A stretch of 64,000 nt of DNA from NCBI GenBank assembly GCA_965153455.1, contig OZ234494.1, positions 2,232,001 to 2,296,000 of the forward strand, read 5' to 3'. The DNA is from Sphagnum compactum. Its lineage: Eukaryota. Under the pieces are notes generated by a model. The model worked only from the letters and a program-made list of their open reading frames with translations, made no database searches and was not told the origin of the DNA. The position numbers were made by a program, and so were the translations under genes. Shown here piece after piece: positions 37,740-50,990 of this stretch (position 1 is its first letter; every line of letters starts with the position of its first letter).

Positions 37740-39090
37740 GTGGTCTTGGTGATTGGGGTAGCAGGATTTGTTGGCCAGAACTCAGCTCTTTCTTGCTTTG
37801 AAAAAACGTGGTGATGGGGGCGTTGCGGGCATCGATAATTTCAACAGGTACTATGAGATTTCTCTGAAAAGATCAGCAGGGCAAGAGCCTCCTGCAAAGC
37901 ATCGCATTTTTTGTGATTGATGTTGACATACAACAAAATGGATTTCTTCTCAACACCGTTTTTTTCGGAGCTGGTCCAGATCACCCATGTGATGCATCTT
38001 GCAGCCCAAGCTGCTGTACGCTATGCAATGGAGAATCCAGGCTCATATGTGCGGACCAACATTGCTCAACTGGTGAATAGGTATCTTTGAGATGTATGCA
38101 AGCCTGCGAATCCACAGCCATCCATAGCTTGGGCTTCATCAAGCTCTGTGTTATATGGGTTGTTGAACACAAAGGTACACACTCTTTCTTTCCCCGTTGT
38201 TCAACAAAGGTACACACTCTTTCTTTCCCGTTGAACTTTCTCACCACGTCAGTACACCACAATAAAGAATATAATTTACCGAGTCCTTAGCATAAATGGG
38301 TCGGAGATGACTTCAGCGTACCATAATTTTCACAATGTGGCCACAGGACAGGATTTCTAATGGTTATGCTTGTCCAAAAAGATTACTGACTCGGCTTGTT
38401 TCCTGGGAACTTTCGCAGGTGCCCCATTCTCAGAGCTGGACCAAACTGATCAGCCTGCAAGTCTCTATGCAGCAACAAAGAAGGCTGGAGAGGAGATTGC
38501 TCATGAATACATATAACCACATCTATGGTCTTGCCATCAGTGGCCTGCAGTTTTTCACTATTTATGTGCCAGGGGTTAGACCCAATATGACCTACTTTTT
38601 CTTCACTCGGGATATCTTGAATGGGAAACCCATCAACACATATACCAAGCAGCCAACAACAAAGATTTGGCTCATGATTTCACTTACATTGATGACCTTG
38701 TCAAAACTGGATGTGTTGCGTCTCTTGATGTGGTGGACAAAAGCACAAGTAGTGGAGGGAAGAAGACAGGTCATGTGTGGCTCTGCATTTTTAACCTTGG
38801 TATGCTAGTACTCCAGACACTATTGCCTACCTTGGTTGACATTCTTGAGAAGTATCTCAACCTGAAATCCAGAAGAGAAATTGTGAAAATGCCTTGTGAT
38901 GGTGATGTCCCCTTCACCGATGCCAACAACATCTCTGCAGCTCAGGCTTAGCCACTAACAAGCCACAAACAAATATTGAAGCACGGATTGAAGAAGTTTT
39001 GTGAAATGGTATTTGAGCTACAATACAAGCCACCAACAAATATTGAAGCAGGGATTGAAGAAGTTTGGGAAATGGTATTTGAGCTACTAC
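37740..39090 (+). pseudogene. GAE: UDP-D-glucuronate 4-epimerase pseudogene
   Basis: Motifs across many frameshifts: VLVIGVAGFVG, LALKKRGDG, GIDNFNRYY, THVMHLAAQAAVRYAMENPGSY, WASSSSV, SLYAATKKAGEEIAH, YNHIYGL, DFTYIDD, GDVPFT, GLKKFVKWY. Confidence 0.9.
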
Positions 39091-40460
39091 AGTGACAACA
39101 CACCTCATGAACCACTCTTAGCTCAGCAACCATGATCAGTCAAACTCATCATCTCATAAGGTACAACAATTTACATGTTACATCTCTGTGCAGAATAGAT
39201 TAAAAACCATGTCTGCTCCTGTGTTATCTCATAGTTTCAAAATGCGCTCTTCTTATTCTTGCAATCACAAACTGAAAGACGTTGAGATTATTCTTGGGAG
39301 GTCATGTTTCCAAGCAGTCCTTTACTCTGTCACTATTGTTTAACCACCACACTTGGTACATATCATGCAAGATCCAATATGAAGTTCCAAAAAGAAAGGT
39401 GTCTGTATGATTGAACCCATTCTTCTTGTCTTATCAAAATTGATGCATATCTATTATGTTCCATTTCTATGAATTTTTTGAGAATGTTTGAATTTGCTAT
39501 TTTACGGACTAGGGATTGGAGAATGATCTGGGCTTGCCCAATGGAAAGCTGAATCAGAAAATTGGCTGTGTATGGCCTGTTCTCTGGTGTGAAAAGTCAG
39601 GGTTTAGAAGTGGGGCCAGAGTGAACCCACACCCACCAGCACACTGTGACAGATGGATGGTAGGTGATCAGGAAACAGTTTTTTGTTGGGTGCTAGTTAT
39701 AAAATTCAACATGGAGGATAAAATCCAATGCTAATGAACAAGGTAATCATTGTTTTCACTGTGGAAATTATGCACAAATAATTAGTAAACAATTTCACTT
39801 GCTATTTGTGCACAATGATACTAAGTCAAATAATGGTCAAATTGAACAAGTAGTTGCAATGGGTGGTAGTGGAAAAACCCAAAATTTCTTCTTGTGAACC
39901 TTTGATAATGTGTGGCAAGCATTTTGCTACATTGTTATTGTGTTTTGTTGCTCTTTAGTGTTTGAAACTTTGATTTCTATTGCCGAATGCACTACAAAAA
40001 TGGTGGAGTGGACATTTTTCTTTCGTTATTAGGGGACCATGGTGTTCTCAACAATCTTCAATCTCTCACCAATAGTGATACATTTACGGTTTTAGAGCCT
40101 TTGCACTTGTCATTTAGGAGGCCAACCATGCAAAGTCAAAATTTCTTGCAAACATGGACCATGAAATCAAGTTTGTTTTTATCTTTGAAACTTCATACAT
40201 GAGGAAACTTCTATTGGTATTTTGTTAATACTATAGCCACAGCCACAATTAGTGCAATATAGTTTACATAGGAAACCTTAGATATTAAAATGTGATGCAC
40301 CTAACATGCGAGTGTGAATGAAAAGATGCTTGTGTTGTGACTTTTGGTACAAGTTTCAAGCCAAAAAAATCGATGTACAATCGCTAGTTTTGCCTTCACA
40401 ACCTTCCAAGCCATCTGCTACCTTTTCCAAGTTATGCAATTGGTCAAGTTGGCCAAGTGT

Positions 40461-40642
40461 CTACTTCAAAGTTGAAGCTAACAAGGAGATATCACTTGAG
40501 GTGTATGATGCGGTTCTACGGTTTGGGTCATCAAAAGTAGCTCTTGTGATAGAAATTAGGTGCCTACTTCAAAATTAAAACTAACAAGGAGATATCACTT
40601 GAGGTGTATGATGCGGTTCTAGGGTTTGGGTCATCAAAAGTA
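40461..40642. repeat. Direct duplication, 103-bp period
   Basis: CTAACAAGGAGATATCACTTGAGGTGTATGATGCGGTTCTA occurs at about 40478 and about 40581. Confidence 0.88.
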
Positions 40643-40994
40643 AGTCATTTGATAGAAATTGAGAAGCCTAAAGAAAATCCTTTTCAAGTTCATGTGTCCA
40701 AATGAATTGACGTTGAATTTGAGGTGCAAGATACAAGCATTGCAATCATTGAAAACAAGTTGCAAAACATGTTCAATCCTTTTACACATGTTGACGTACC
40801 TTTCAATGTCATGATCAATAAGATATGAATTATCAAATTTGAAGTTTTGTGTAATGTTTAAATGAAATATGGTTTAAATAGAATAAACATTATGCTATTT
40901 ACACAATAAGCAATGTGGCTTGACAGTAAAAGAACTAAATTCCATTCTTGGGGTCTAAGGATCGAACTCCACAAATGACATTCATTGTGGTCAA

Positions 40995-41395
40995 ACAATA
41001 ACTAAATTATCACTAATGATTTCACATGTGTTTTTTATGATTGATGGATGATATTTGCTACATCATTGTGCCACATCATGTCCTAAATGAATATTGAACA
41101 AATGACTAAACTATCATTAATGACTCCATTTATGTTTATGACTAATGGATGATATCTATTGCATCATTATGCCACATCATGTCCTAAATGAATATTGAAC
41201 AAGGACTAAACAATGACTCCACATATGTTTTTTTTGACTGATGGATGATATTTGCCACATCATGTCCTAAATGAATATTGAATAATGACTAAACTATCAT
41301 TTATGATTCCACATATGTCCTTTATGACCAATGGATGATATTTGCCACATCATGTCCTAAATGACTATTATGTCACATCATGTCTTAAATGGCTC
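40995..41395. repeat. Minisatellite, about 80-100-bp unit, 4-5 copies
   Basis: Repeated ATGGATGATATTTGCCACATCATGTCCTAAATGAATATTGAA and AATGACTAAACTATCATT. Confidence 0.88.
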
Positions 41396-43019
41396 TGTCC
41401 TAAACAATTTGTCCGTAATGACTTTAGGGGCTACTAATCATTTTTGTCTTTTATGATTGGAATACTAATCATAAATTTAATCATATATTTGAAGGTTTCC
41501 ACTAGTGCAATTTGAAAGAAATTTGATCATTATCTTTTATTTAAGAATTGTTTCTTCCAACTTCAATTCCTTCAACTTTTGAGATTTACGAAAATCAAGG
41601 TTGGTTTCTTTTCCATCAAAATGAAACATGTGTTTGTTCACGTTTGATAACCATGCCATTTACGCTTTAGCTTGGGCCCACAATAACTCATCCATTTGGA
41701 TATGAAAATTGATGATGTGGGCACTCCAATATGGGTTGCAAGCAAATTCATCTTTATGGCTCTTGTTATCCTTTTAAAGTTTAGTTAGTCCATTACACTA
41801 ATCAATGTTGGAACACCTATAAGCAAACAATATAAAAAAATAGAAACCTTTTAAAAGATAAGTAGTGTCATGGTTTTTTCCAAAGAATCAACCAAAATTA
41901 ATGCATGTAATAACAAGTATGATTTAAAGACATCTTACCTATTAGTGGTACAAAACATGCTCAAATTGGACATGCATCGTCCATGAAAATTTCACAACAT
42001 CTACTTTCAAGGCCTTTGGAATGTTGTTTGGATGTCCATCCAAGTATGGATGTGTAAAATAGTTCAAAGGACCTTGAGGCCATAGTGTTGGATTGATGCC
42101 CTAAAAATGCAACATTAAAATTTTTTTGAGTAATTGTATAATTTCTTTTAGTTTGTACATCCGAATGTGTGATAATGAACTTGGTGCCCATCCTTTTCAA
42201 TGTAAAAACATTTCACTAGCAACTTGTGCAAACAAATAGATCTGCTAAATCTTCAAACAACAATATTCCACATGGCACACCATGAACTATGACTCACCAT
42301 CCAACAGCTTCCAAAAGAATTTGTACATAAATTGTCAACCTACTTTTGGAAACGGATACTTTAATAAGAGTTTGGTTGATTGGATTCAATGTAACAAAGA
42401 GGGGTTGATTGAAAGTAATTGGTCTTTTTATGACACATCTTTCTTGAACATCCATCCACCTCTTGTGCACAAATATCCCTAGCACAAATTCATATTAAAA
42501 GAACACCAACACTTTTTGGGGATTTGCCATAATGATAGATGATTGGACACCCTCCGCTCTTTTATCAATGTCAAATGCATGGCTAGGGCGGGTCCTTGGA
42601 ATGTGTACTTAGCTATTCCAGAACATAAACTTTGTACATGTAGGACTTTTCGCCCAGCTGCATTAAAAAATGATGAAACAACCATTAAGGTTAAAACTCC
42701 ATTGGCACACAAGGCTTTCCCTTCAATAATTGCTCCCAAGAAGTCAACTACAGCTAATCAATGGTTGTTTCAACATGCGTTAAAAAGACATGAGGTGCTC
42801 TTCGAATTGTTTTGAAAAACTTTTCCATCATAAATGCACATGTTCCTATTGACCACCCTTGAAAAAAATAATCCACATTAATGTTTGGAACTTGCTTCAA
42901 ACATAGTACGTCGCCCAAATCAAATACCATCTTAGGTAACTTATTATCCACATGATAACCATGTGCTTCTCTTGCTTTACATTAAGCAAGAACATGAAGA
43001 ATGCTTGTTTAAAATCATA

Positions 43020-46000
43020 CAAAAGAAGATTTTTTTTTTCCACCCCCACATATTACGACTATTATCCATTTGATTACATTTCAACTATATTTGACCATCT
43101 TAAGTTTGTAAATGGCTTGTTGCACTAATTAATGGTCAATATCGTTCATAGTTAATATATTCACTGTGTCATTCACTTATGAATATAATTTGAACCCTAT
43201 TTTATTCTTTAGTAATTTCAAATTACTAATTTGGAAATTGAAGTAGCCTTCAACTTTATTTACACAATGCATCATAATGTATTAGTGATTTTTTTGACAT
43301 TTTTTCAATTGTCAACATGGTACATGAGTTAAACCATTAATTTTTAACATGTGAAAATCGTTATTAATAAATTGCATTTTACATTTACCATAATTATATA
43401 AAACACATGTAACAATTTAAAACCCCACATTTATATTAGATTTAGTGTTTTATTTCACATCTTTTGAATTGTCAACATCTGCACATGAGTTGAATCATTC
43501 ATTTTGATCATTACTCACAAATTACATTTTGCACTCATCACAACTTTTTGAAATGGATCTATAAAAGATAGGTAGGTCTCAAATTTATCTTTGAATGGGT
43601 TAATGATTAGGTCAAATGATCATGCATGCCAAGTTTAATATGCATGTAGACTAAATTATAATTTTTTCATATATTAAATTCTTATACATTTATGAAAATT
43701 AGATTGTATGTTTTTCACTATTTTTTATGGCATCATGGACAAGTTTTTTACTGCAAATGTTCATGATACCACACTAAAGACCCCAAAAAAATCCCTAATT
43801 TTTTGCCCATTTTTCATTCTTCGGGTATGAAAAAAATAATAAATGTTAAAAAAAAGTGAGTAGATTTTCAAAATTTTATTTTTAATTCTCTTAAATTATT
43901 ATTATTATAGTTGTTATTATTATTATTATTATTATTCAGATTATAAATTATGAATATTTTATACTTTTTATTTTTATTTTAAACATGATTTATCAAATTT
44001 TTAGTGTTTGTTTTGTTACAAGTTTATGTTTAAATATTTAGAGGTGAATTTAAAATTTTTAATTATTTTTAATATTGTGGTGTTCTTCAAGATCATCCAC
44101 GAGAAAATTTAACCATGTTTCGGTGATAGACCATGTATTTGGAGGTATAAATTTGTTGAACTATTTTTATATTTTGGCTATAAGTGTTTAAAAACCCATT
44201 GTAAATTTATATAATTAAAAAATGGAATTATTTCGTTTTTTTATTAAAATATTTTTTTGGTTTTGATTACCCTTTTTTATGTTTGCAAAACTGTGAAAAT
44301 TCACCACCAAAAGACACATTCAATTACATCATTAATATTTATTTTAATGTTTTCAAAAAAATTGTATAAAGTTTATGGTGATTTCAAATATTGAACTTAA
44401 AATTTTTCAAATAAATTTGATGTTGGAATTGTTTATGTGATTAAGGTTATAACTATTAGAATTAATTTAGAAAAATTATCGATTAAGAGTAATTTTTTTT
44501 CTTTCAAATTTGTGATTTCAAAATTTTGGTGAATTTCTTGTTGTTTACATTTTTTCTGAATTTGCACAATTGTTTCCATTTTTTCCCCAACAAGAATTGC
44601 CAAATTAGGAAAATTCGAAACCAAAAAAAATATGTTGGTTGGAAGCGGGGGTTTAATACAATTATGTTACTTTTACTTCTCCAAAGGAAACGAAGATAAA
44701 GTATATTCTTACATCACACACACACACACATATAGATATTTGCGATCTTTTTTCAAGTTTTATAATTAACCATTTGTATTAGTGTGTGATTCATGTTGTT
44801 AAACAAATATGGTATTGAAAATTAAATGGTTATATTGACAACTTTATTTTATTTTATTTTTATCCTCATTTTTGATAATTTGAAGGGGCAACAACATCAA
44901 CAACAACAAAAATTATATTTTGTCAAATTTAAAATATATATCATCAATGTTTTACAATAAATTATAATAGGTAGCCATAATATTAAACAATTTAAACAAG
45001 TTTTCAACTCCACAACTTGTCTATAACCAAATGTGGCTAAATTTTCTTACATATGATTATCATTTTAGTAACATTGTTAAAATAAACAAATAAAACTTTG
45101 TATGTAATCATATAAGGGAAAATAAAAACTTGCAATTTTTCAATAAATAGACATATTTTACATAATGAAAATAACATTATTAAATATTTAATGAATGCAT
45201 TCTTGAATTCACATTGAATTCACAAAGATTGTAGGTCAATTTAAACCCCAAAAAATTGTAAATTTATTCATGACATGATATTTAAAGTGTTTTTTAACCA
45301 TTTTATATTTATTATTTAGAAATTATAATAATTTTTTTAATGCATTATGGAATAAGCTTCAAAATCATGTTTTTATTTATAGCATTTGAAAAAAAATTGA
45401 AAAAAAAACATACGTTAAAATTTGAATTTCCTAAACAATTCCATGTCAAATATAATAAACTTAAATGTGTTTTTTTTATTAATAAAGCCTTGAAGTGGTT
45501 TGGTGGTTAAAACCTTGGTGTGCCTCCGTGAGGTCTTGCGTTCAAACCTTGATGAATGCGAGTATCAATGTATTTTTGTATAAATGCATATATATATATT
45601 GATTACATGTAATTTTGTTCGTAATTTCATGCCCTGAAAAAAAAACTGAAAAAGTTGAAGAAAATTTATATGATGATGTGGCATTTTATTCCACATCATA
45701 TTAACTTAAAACCTCATATATCCATGTCATAATTTTAAAATAAAAAATTATGTAGTGCAACATGTGACTATCCAAAATGACTAAAAAACATTTCACTAAA
45801 AATGTTCTAATCAACTAGTCTTTTCTTACCAAAATCATAAAAGTTGTATATTAGTCAATTTTGTCCCATTTCATTAAAAAGTTAATGAATTTGGGTAGTG
45901 AAAAAGGACAAGATTTCTTCTTGTGGTGGGAAATTGGGAAAGGTAATGGTTGTAAAGGTTTACCAACCTTGATAGCAGCTATTAAAACAACCAAAACAAT

Positions 46001-48200
46001 GGTGAATTAACAATTTCTTCAAGGTATAGTTTCTTATAAACAAAAACAAAGACCGGAAGTCAAAGACAAAGCCTATTCTCATAACATTTTATTGTAACAA
46101 AGTATGCACATAATGAAAAGTTTGAACCAATAAAAACTTGGCCTTCACAAATATTTTTATAAATGTTTAAATGTGCTTGCAATCATGATGGGAATAATCT
46201 TACAAAATTAATGCACCTGAAAAGTACCATACCTTTAGTTTGTTGATTATTCTCATCCAAATGAACAAGATGGAATTGGCATACTTGGTTGCTTAAACTT
46301 TAGCAACCATAGCATCTTGCTCCACGTCCACAACATCCTTAAAGTTGAATTCCTTCAAAACCAAATAAGCCTTGACATGTTCCCTCGGACCACGCTCAGA
46401 TGCTTGGCATTGTAACTTTTTTCTTATAACGTTTGTCACACACATTAGTGTCACAAATTATAAAAGGAGAGGAAGATTTGATGGATTGAATGAAACCCTT
46501 TGTTCTCCCTCCAGCACTAGCCATTTGCCCAACGATGCCTCTTTTAAAATAAAAGAAGCAAGGTAATATGCACTCTTCTGAGTTAGAAATTGAAAAGGCA
46601 TTACTTGGTCCACTTGTGAAATCCTCGACAACAAGGTTCCTTGAATACTATGAAACCTTTCACCACTACATAATGTTACACATTTACTATTTGAAGAATT
46701 TGTTGACACATTCTTGGGTTTTATCCAACCAATGAACTCTAACAACAATGTTATTTGATCATCGTAAAACAATTTCTTTGAAGAACAAGATTATTTTTCA
46801 AAATGTTGTGAACCCATTTTGAACAATTGGATGTCCAATGTAAAAGTACCAAAATGAATAAACATCATAGTCGACATCACTTATAAAATGCAATAGTGCA
46901 AACCTTGAACAATCTTGTGCACTTTTCACCTTAACATTTAAAAATATTTTCAAAGACACATCAGGGTTCTTATTTGGCCCCCAACTAGTGTAAAAGCTTA
47001 AAATATGTGTCAACCAATGCATGAATTTTGATAATGCAGTCTTGTGAAATGGAATACATTTAACCCAATTGATTTTTTGTGTTATGTAGTTCGTGAACTC
47101 CTCCATATATTGGAATCTTGGTGGTTGTTTGTTCAATAACATCACAAGAAGAAAATTTGTTCTTTTTCACCCCACGCATTGTGACTACTATTCAATTTAA
47201 CTACATTTCAATTACATTCTTATGAGTATAATTTGAACCCTATTTTTTTTTTAATTCAAATTGATCTGGAAATTGAAGTAATCTTTAATTTTATTTACAC
47301 GATGCATTATAATGGGTTAGTGATTTTTTTGACATCTTTTCAATTTTCAACATGGTACATGAGTTGAACCATCAACTTTTAACATGTTGAAATCATTACT
47401 CAAAAGTTTCATTTTACATTTGCCATAATTTATTAAAACACATGTAATAATTTAAGACCCCACATTGGAACAAATTAGTGATTTTTCACATCTCTTCAAT
47501 TATCAACATGTGTACATGAATTAAACCATTCATATTTAATATGTTAAAATTATTACTCACAAGTTGCATCTTGCACTTACTAGAATATATTGAAACACAT
47601 GCAACTCAATGTTTTGCAATTACACTTCAATCATTTTGTGAAAATTTTCACATTTTTTAAACTATCAACATTTTTACACGAGTTGAATCATCCACTTTAA
47701 ATTTATTGAAACCATTATTTAGATGTTGCATATTACACTTATTAGTATATATTGAAACACACATAACAACTTAATACTTCACATTTGTATTTGAATAAGT
47801 GAATGAATTTTTTCACATCTCTTAAATTATCAACATTTGCACATGAGTTGAATCATTCACTTTGAATATGTTAAATCCGTTATTCCCAAATTGCATTTTG
47901 CATTCACCATAATTTTTTGAAATGAACATATAAAAATTAGACATGTCTCATATTTATATTTGAATGGGTCAATGATTAGGTCAAATGTTCATGCATGCCA
48001 AGTTTAAGATGCACGTAGACCTTTAAATTCTAAAATTTTCATATATTAAATTCTGATACATTTATGTAAATTAGAGTGTATGTTTCTCCCTAATTTTTTT
48101 CCCATTTTTTTTCTCATGGTGTATGAAAAAATTAGTTCATGTTAAAAAACGATAATTTTTTTAAAAAAAACAGTTTTACTTTTTTATTTTTTAAAAATAA
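43020..48200. repeat. Direct repeat pair 43020-43870 / 47150-48200 with internal subrepeats (AACATGGTACATGAGTTGAA type)
   Basis: Shared TATAATTTGAACCCTATTTT, TGGAAATTGAAGTA and TTTGAATGGGT.AATGATTAGGTCAAATG.TCATGCATGCCAAGTTTAA. Confidence 0.8.
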
Positions 48201-50990
48201 ATTGAATGCCCCCAACAATTTGATGAACAACCAATAAGCTTCTTCATTAAATCACACCTCAATATTTGCAACACTCATCAACACAACCAATAATGTATTT
48301 TCTCATCAACTCTCCTAGCTTCTATGGCAATCTTAAATACTAACCATTACATTATTCATGGGCGAGTTGTAATTGGGCTCATGTAGATCACATGAAGCTT
48401 ATTTACATTCAATTATGGTATTCTTTGATTTGTAACTACCTTGAACACTAGATGCAACACCCATGAACAGTAGCTAACAACCTTTCCTCCCAATGCCTAC
48501 TAATTAATATATATTAATTAATGGAAATGGATAAAACTAGGTTGCACCTGTAGTTGACCTTTTTCGTGCCACTACCATGAATTTTGTAGACAAACCATGA
48601 AAGAAAAAAAAAGAAAAGTAAACCTAGCTAATAACTTTGTTCTAATTTCATTTTTATATTTGTTTAATACATGTGCAAATTTTATGTTTAAAATTATTTG
48701 TGTTAACCACAAGGATTATGACAAGTGGCCATGGAATGGTAAAAAACCATCAATTGGTTGTCTTGGTTACAATCAATTTTGAAGTAGAATCAATGGTGCT
48801 TAATATGATTACACGTGTTTTACATCAAAAATGAAAATGTGTGGTGCAAGTTGAGGCATAAATATGGCCAAGAAAACTTACAAAGTAATCAACACACATT
48901 ATAAGGCCTCAAAAAACTTGAACAAGGGAAAGAAAAAGAAGACCTGTATTTTAAATGTTGTTTTGAAATGTGATAGAATTGTAGTAAAAATCTTTCATAT
49001 ACATGTCTATTCAAAGAAGTTGAGTGTGAGAACAGAGCATGGTGCCTTCCATGTGCAGATGCTTCCTATGTATTGCCTAAAAGGTGCAAATGCATTTCTT
49101 GAAAGGTGCTTCACAAAAAGCTTCAACATCCCTTGTGTGGAACTTGGAAGTACGAGACCAAGTTTCAAGCATAATTTTGTAAATGCTGAAAAACAATACA
49201 TCACATTATTTGAACTCAGTGAAAAATTTGCAACAACGGACACTTAGGTTTTGATTGAAGTATTGGGTGACTATCTTCAAGCAAAGGTTAAGATTCTAGA
49301 AGGGGCTAATAACAACCCAAAAAAAAATCTACGAAAAAAGTGGGCCACAAGATTGGTGGCAACACATTCATAAGCATACATTCATTCGAATATCACAATC
49401 TTTAGCAATTGAAGGTCCTAGGTGATGTTACTTTTGGAAGCTCTTTGTTGAGGAAAGTGGGTCAAGTTTCAATGTTTGTATGCTTATGGTTCACTTTCTT
49501 GTTTGTTTTTTCTTAAATCATGGAGTCATGGACTTTAATTTTTTCACAATATGTCATGACAAGCTGTGAATTTTATTTATTTTTGGTTTTGCCAAGAACA
49601 AATTTTGATGTCATTCGCCATGATGTACATGTTCGTACATTGCATTTATATGAAATACATCATACATTGATGCATGCATTCATCAAGGTTTGAATTTAAA
49701 ACTTCATGGAGGCACACCAAGGTTTTAACGACCAAACCACTTCAAGATTTTATTAATATAGAAGAAAAAGTTTATCTTTATTATGTTTGGCATGGAATGT
49801 TTAGGAAGTTCAAACTTTAATGTACGTTATTTTTTTCAAAAATGTATTCAAATGCTACAAATGAAAACATGATCTTGAAGCGTATTCAATAATGTATTAA
49901 AAAACTATTATTTATAAATATTAAATGTAAAAGGTTTCAAATAAAATTTAAAATAACATGTCATGAATAAACTTATAATTTTTTGGGGGGTTTAAATTAA
50001 CCTAAAATTTCTATGAATTCAATGTGAATTTAAGAATACATTCAAAAAGTCTTAAACAACGTTACTTCCATTCTGTAAAATATGCCCGTTTTTTGAAAAA
50101 CTAAAGTTTTCATTTCCCAAAAATGAGTAAATATTAATTTTTAAAATTATTTTTGCGATGTTGCTAAAATGACAATCATTCATAAGAAGATCTAACCATA
50201 TTTGGTTATAAACAAGTTGTGGAGTTAAAAACTTGTTTGAATCTTTCAATATTGTGGTTACCTACTATAATTTATTATAAATAATAATAATATATTTATT
50301 TAATTTGACACAATTTGATTTTTTCCTCTCAAAAAAGTCCTTTGTTGATGTTGTTGCCCCTTTAAATTGGCAAAAATTGGCCATAATTTTTTTAAATTAA
50401 GTAGTCAATATAAGCATTTAATATGCCATATTTATTTAGCAACATGAATCATACACTAATACAAATGATTAATTACACAACTTGAAAATCACCAAAAAAA
50501 ATAAAATTATGATGTAAGAATATATTTTACCTTCATTTCCTTTGTATAAATAAAAGTAAGATAATTTGGTGAAATTGTGGCATTAAATAGTTGGATTAAA
50601 CCCCCTTCCCTTTGATGAACATGTTTTTTGGTTTCAAGTTTTTTTAATTTGGCAATTTTTGATGGGAAAAAAATGGAAAAAAATAGTGAAAGTTCAAAAA
50701 AATGTAAACAACAAAAACATAGCAAAATATTTTTAAAAACCAAAGGTTACTCATAATGAATTATTTTTTTAAAATAATTTTAATAATTCCAATTTTCAAC
50801 ATACAAACAATTCCAACATCAAATTTATTTGAAATTTTTTAAGTTCAATATTTTTATAAACTTATCCAATTGTTTTGAAAACATTAAATTAAATATTATT
50901 GATGTAGTTGAAAACGTTTTTTGGTGGCGAATTTTCACCATTTTGCAAACATAAAAAAAAGGCCATCAACATCAGCAAAGGTTTTTTTAG
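44250..50990. repeat. Large diverged inverted repeat, arms about 44250-45600 and 49650-50990
   Basis: 45480-45570 is the reverse complement of 49665-49760; 44280-44435 of 50800-50950; 45000-45060 of 50170-50240. Confidence 0.8.

Noticed and set aside
40995-41395. CRISPR-like periodic repeats
   Set aside because: The intervening sequences are themselves repeated and there are no cas genes. It is a eukaryotic minisatellite.
41500-43020. Degenerate coding-like sequence on the minus strand
   Set aside because: Probably a TE remnant, but I could not assign any motif.
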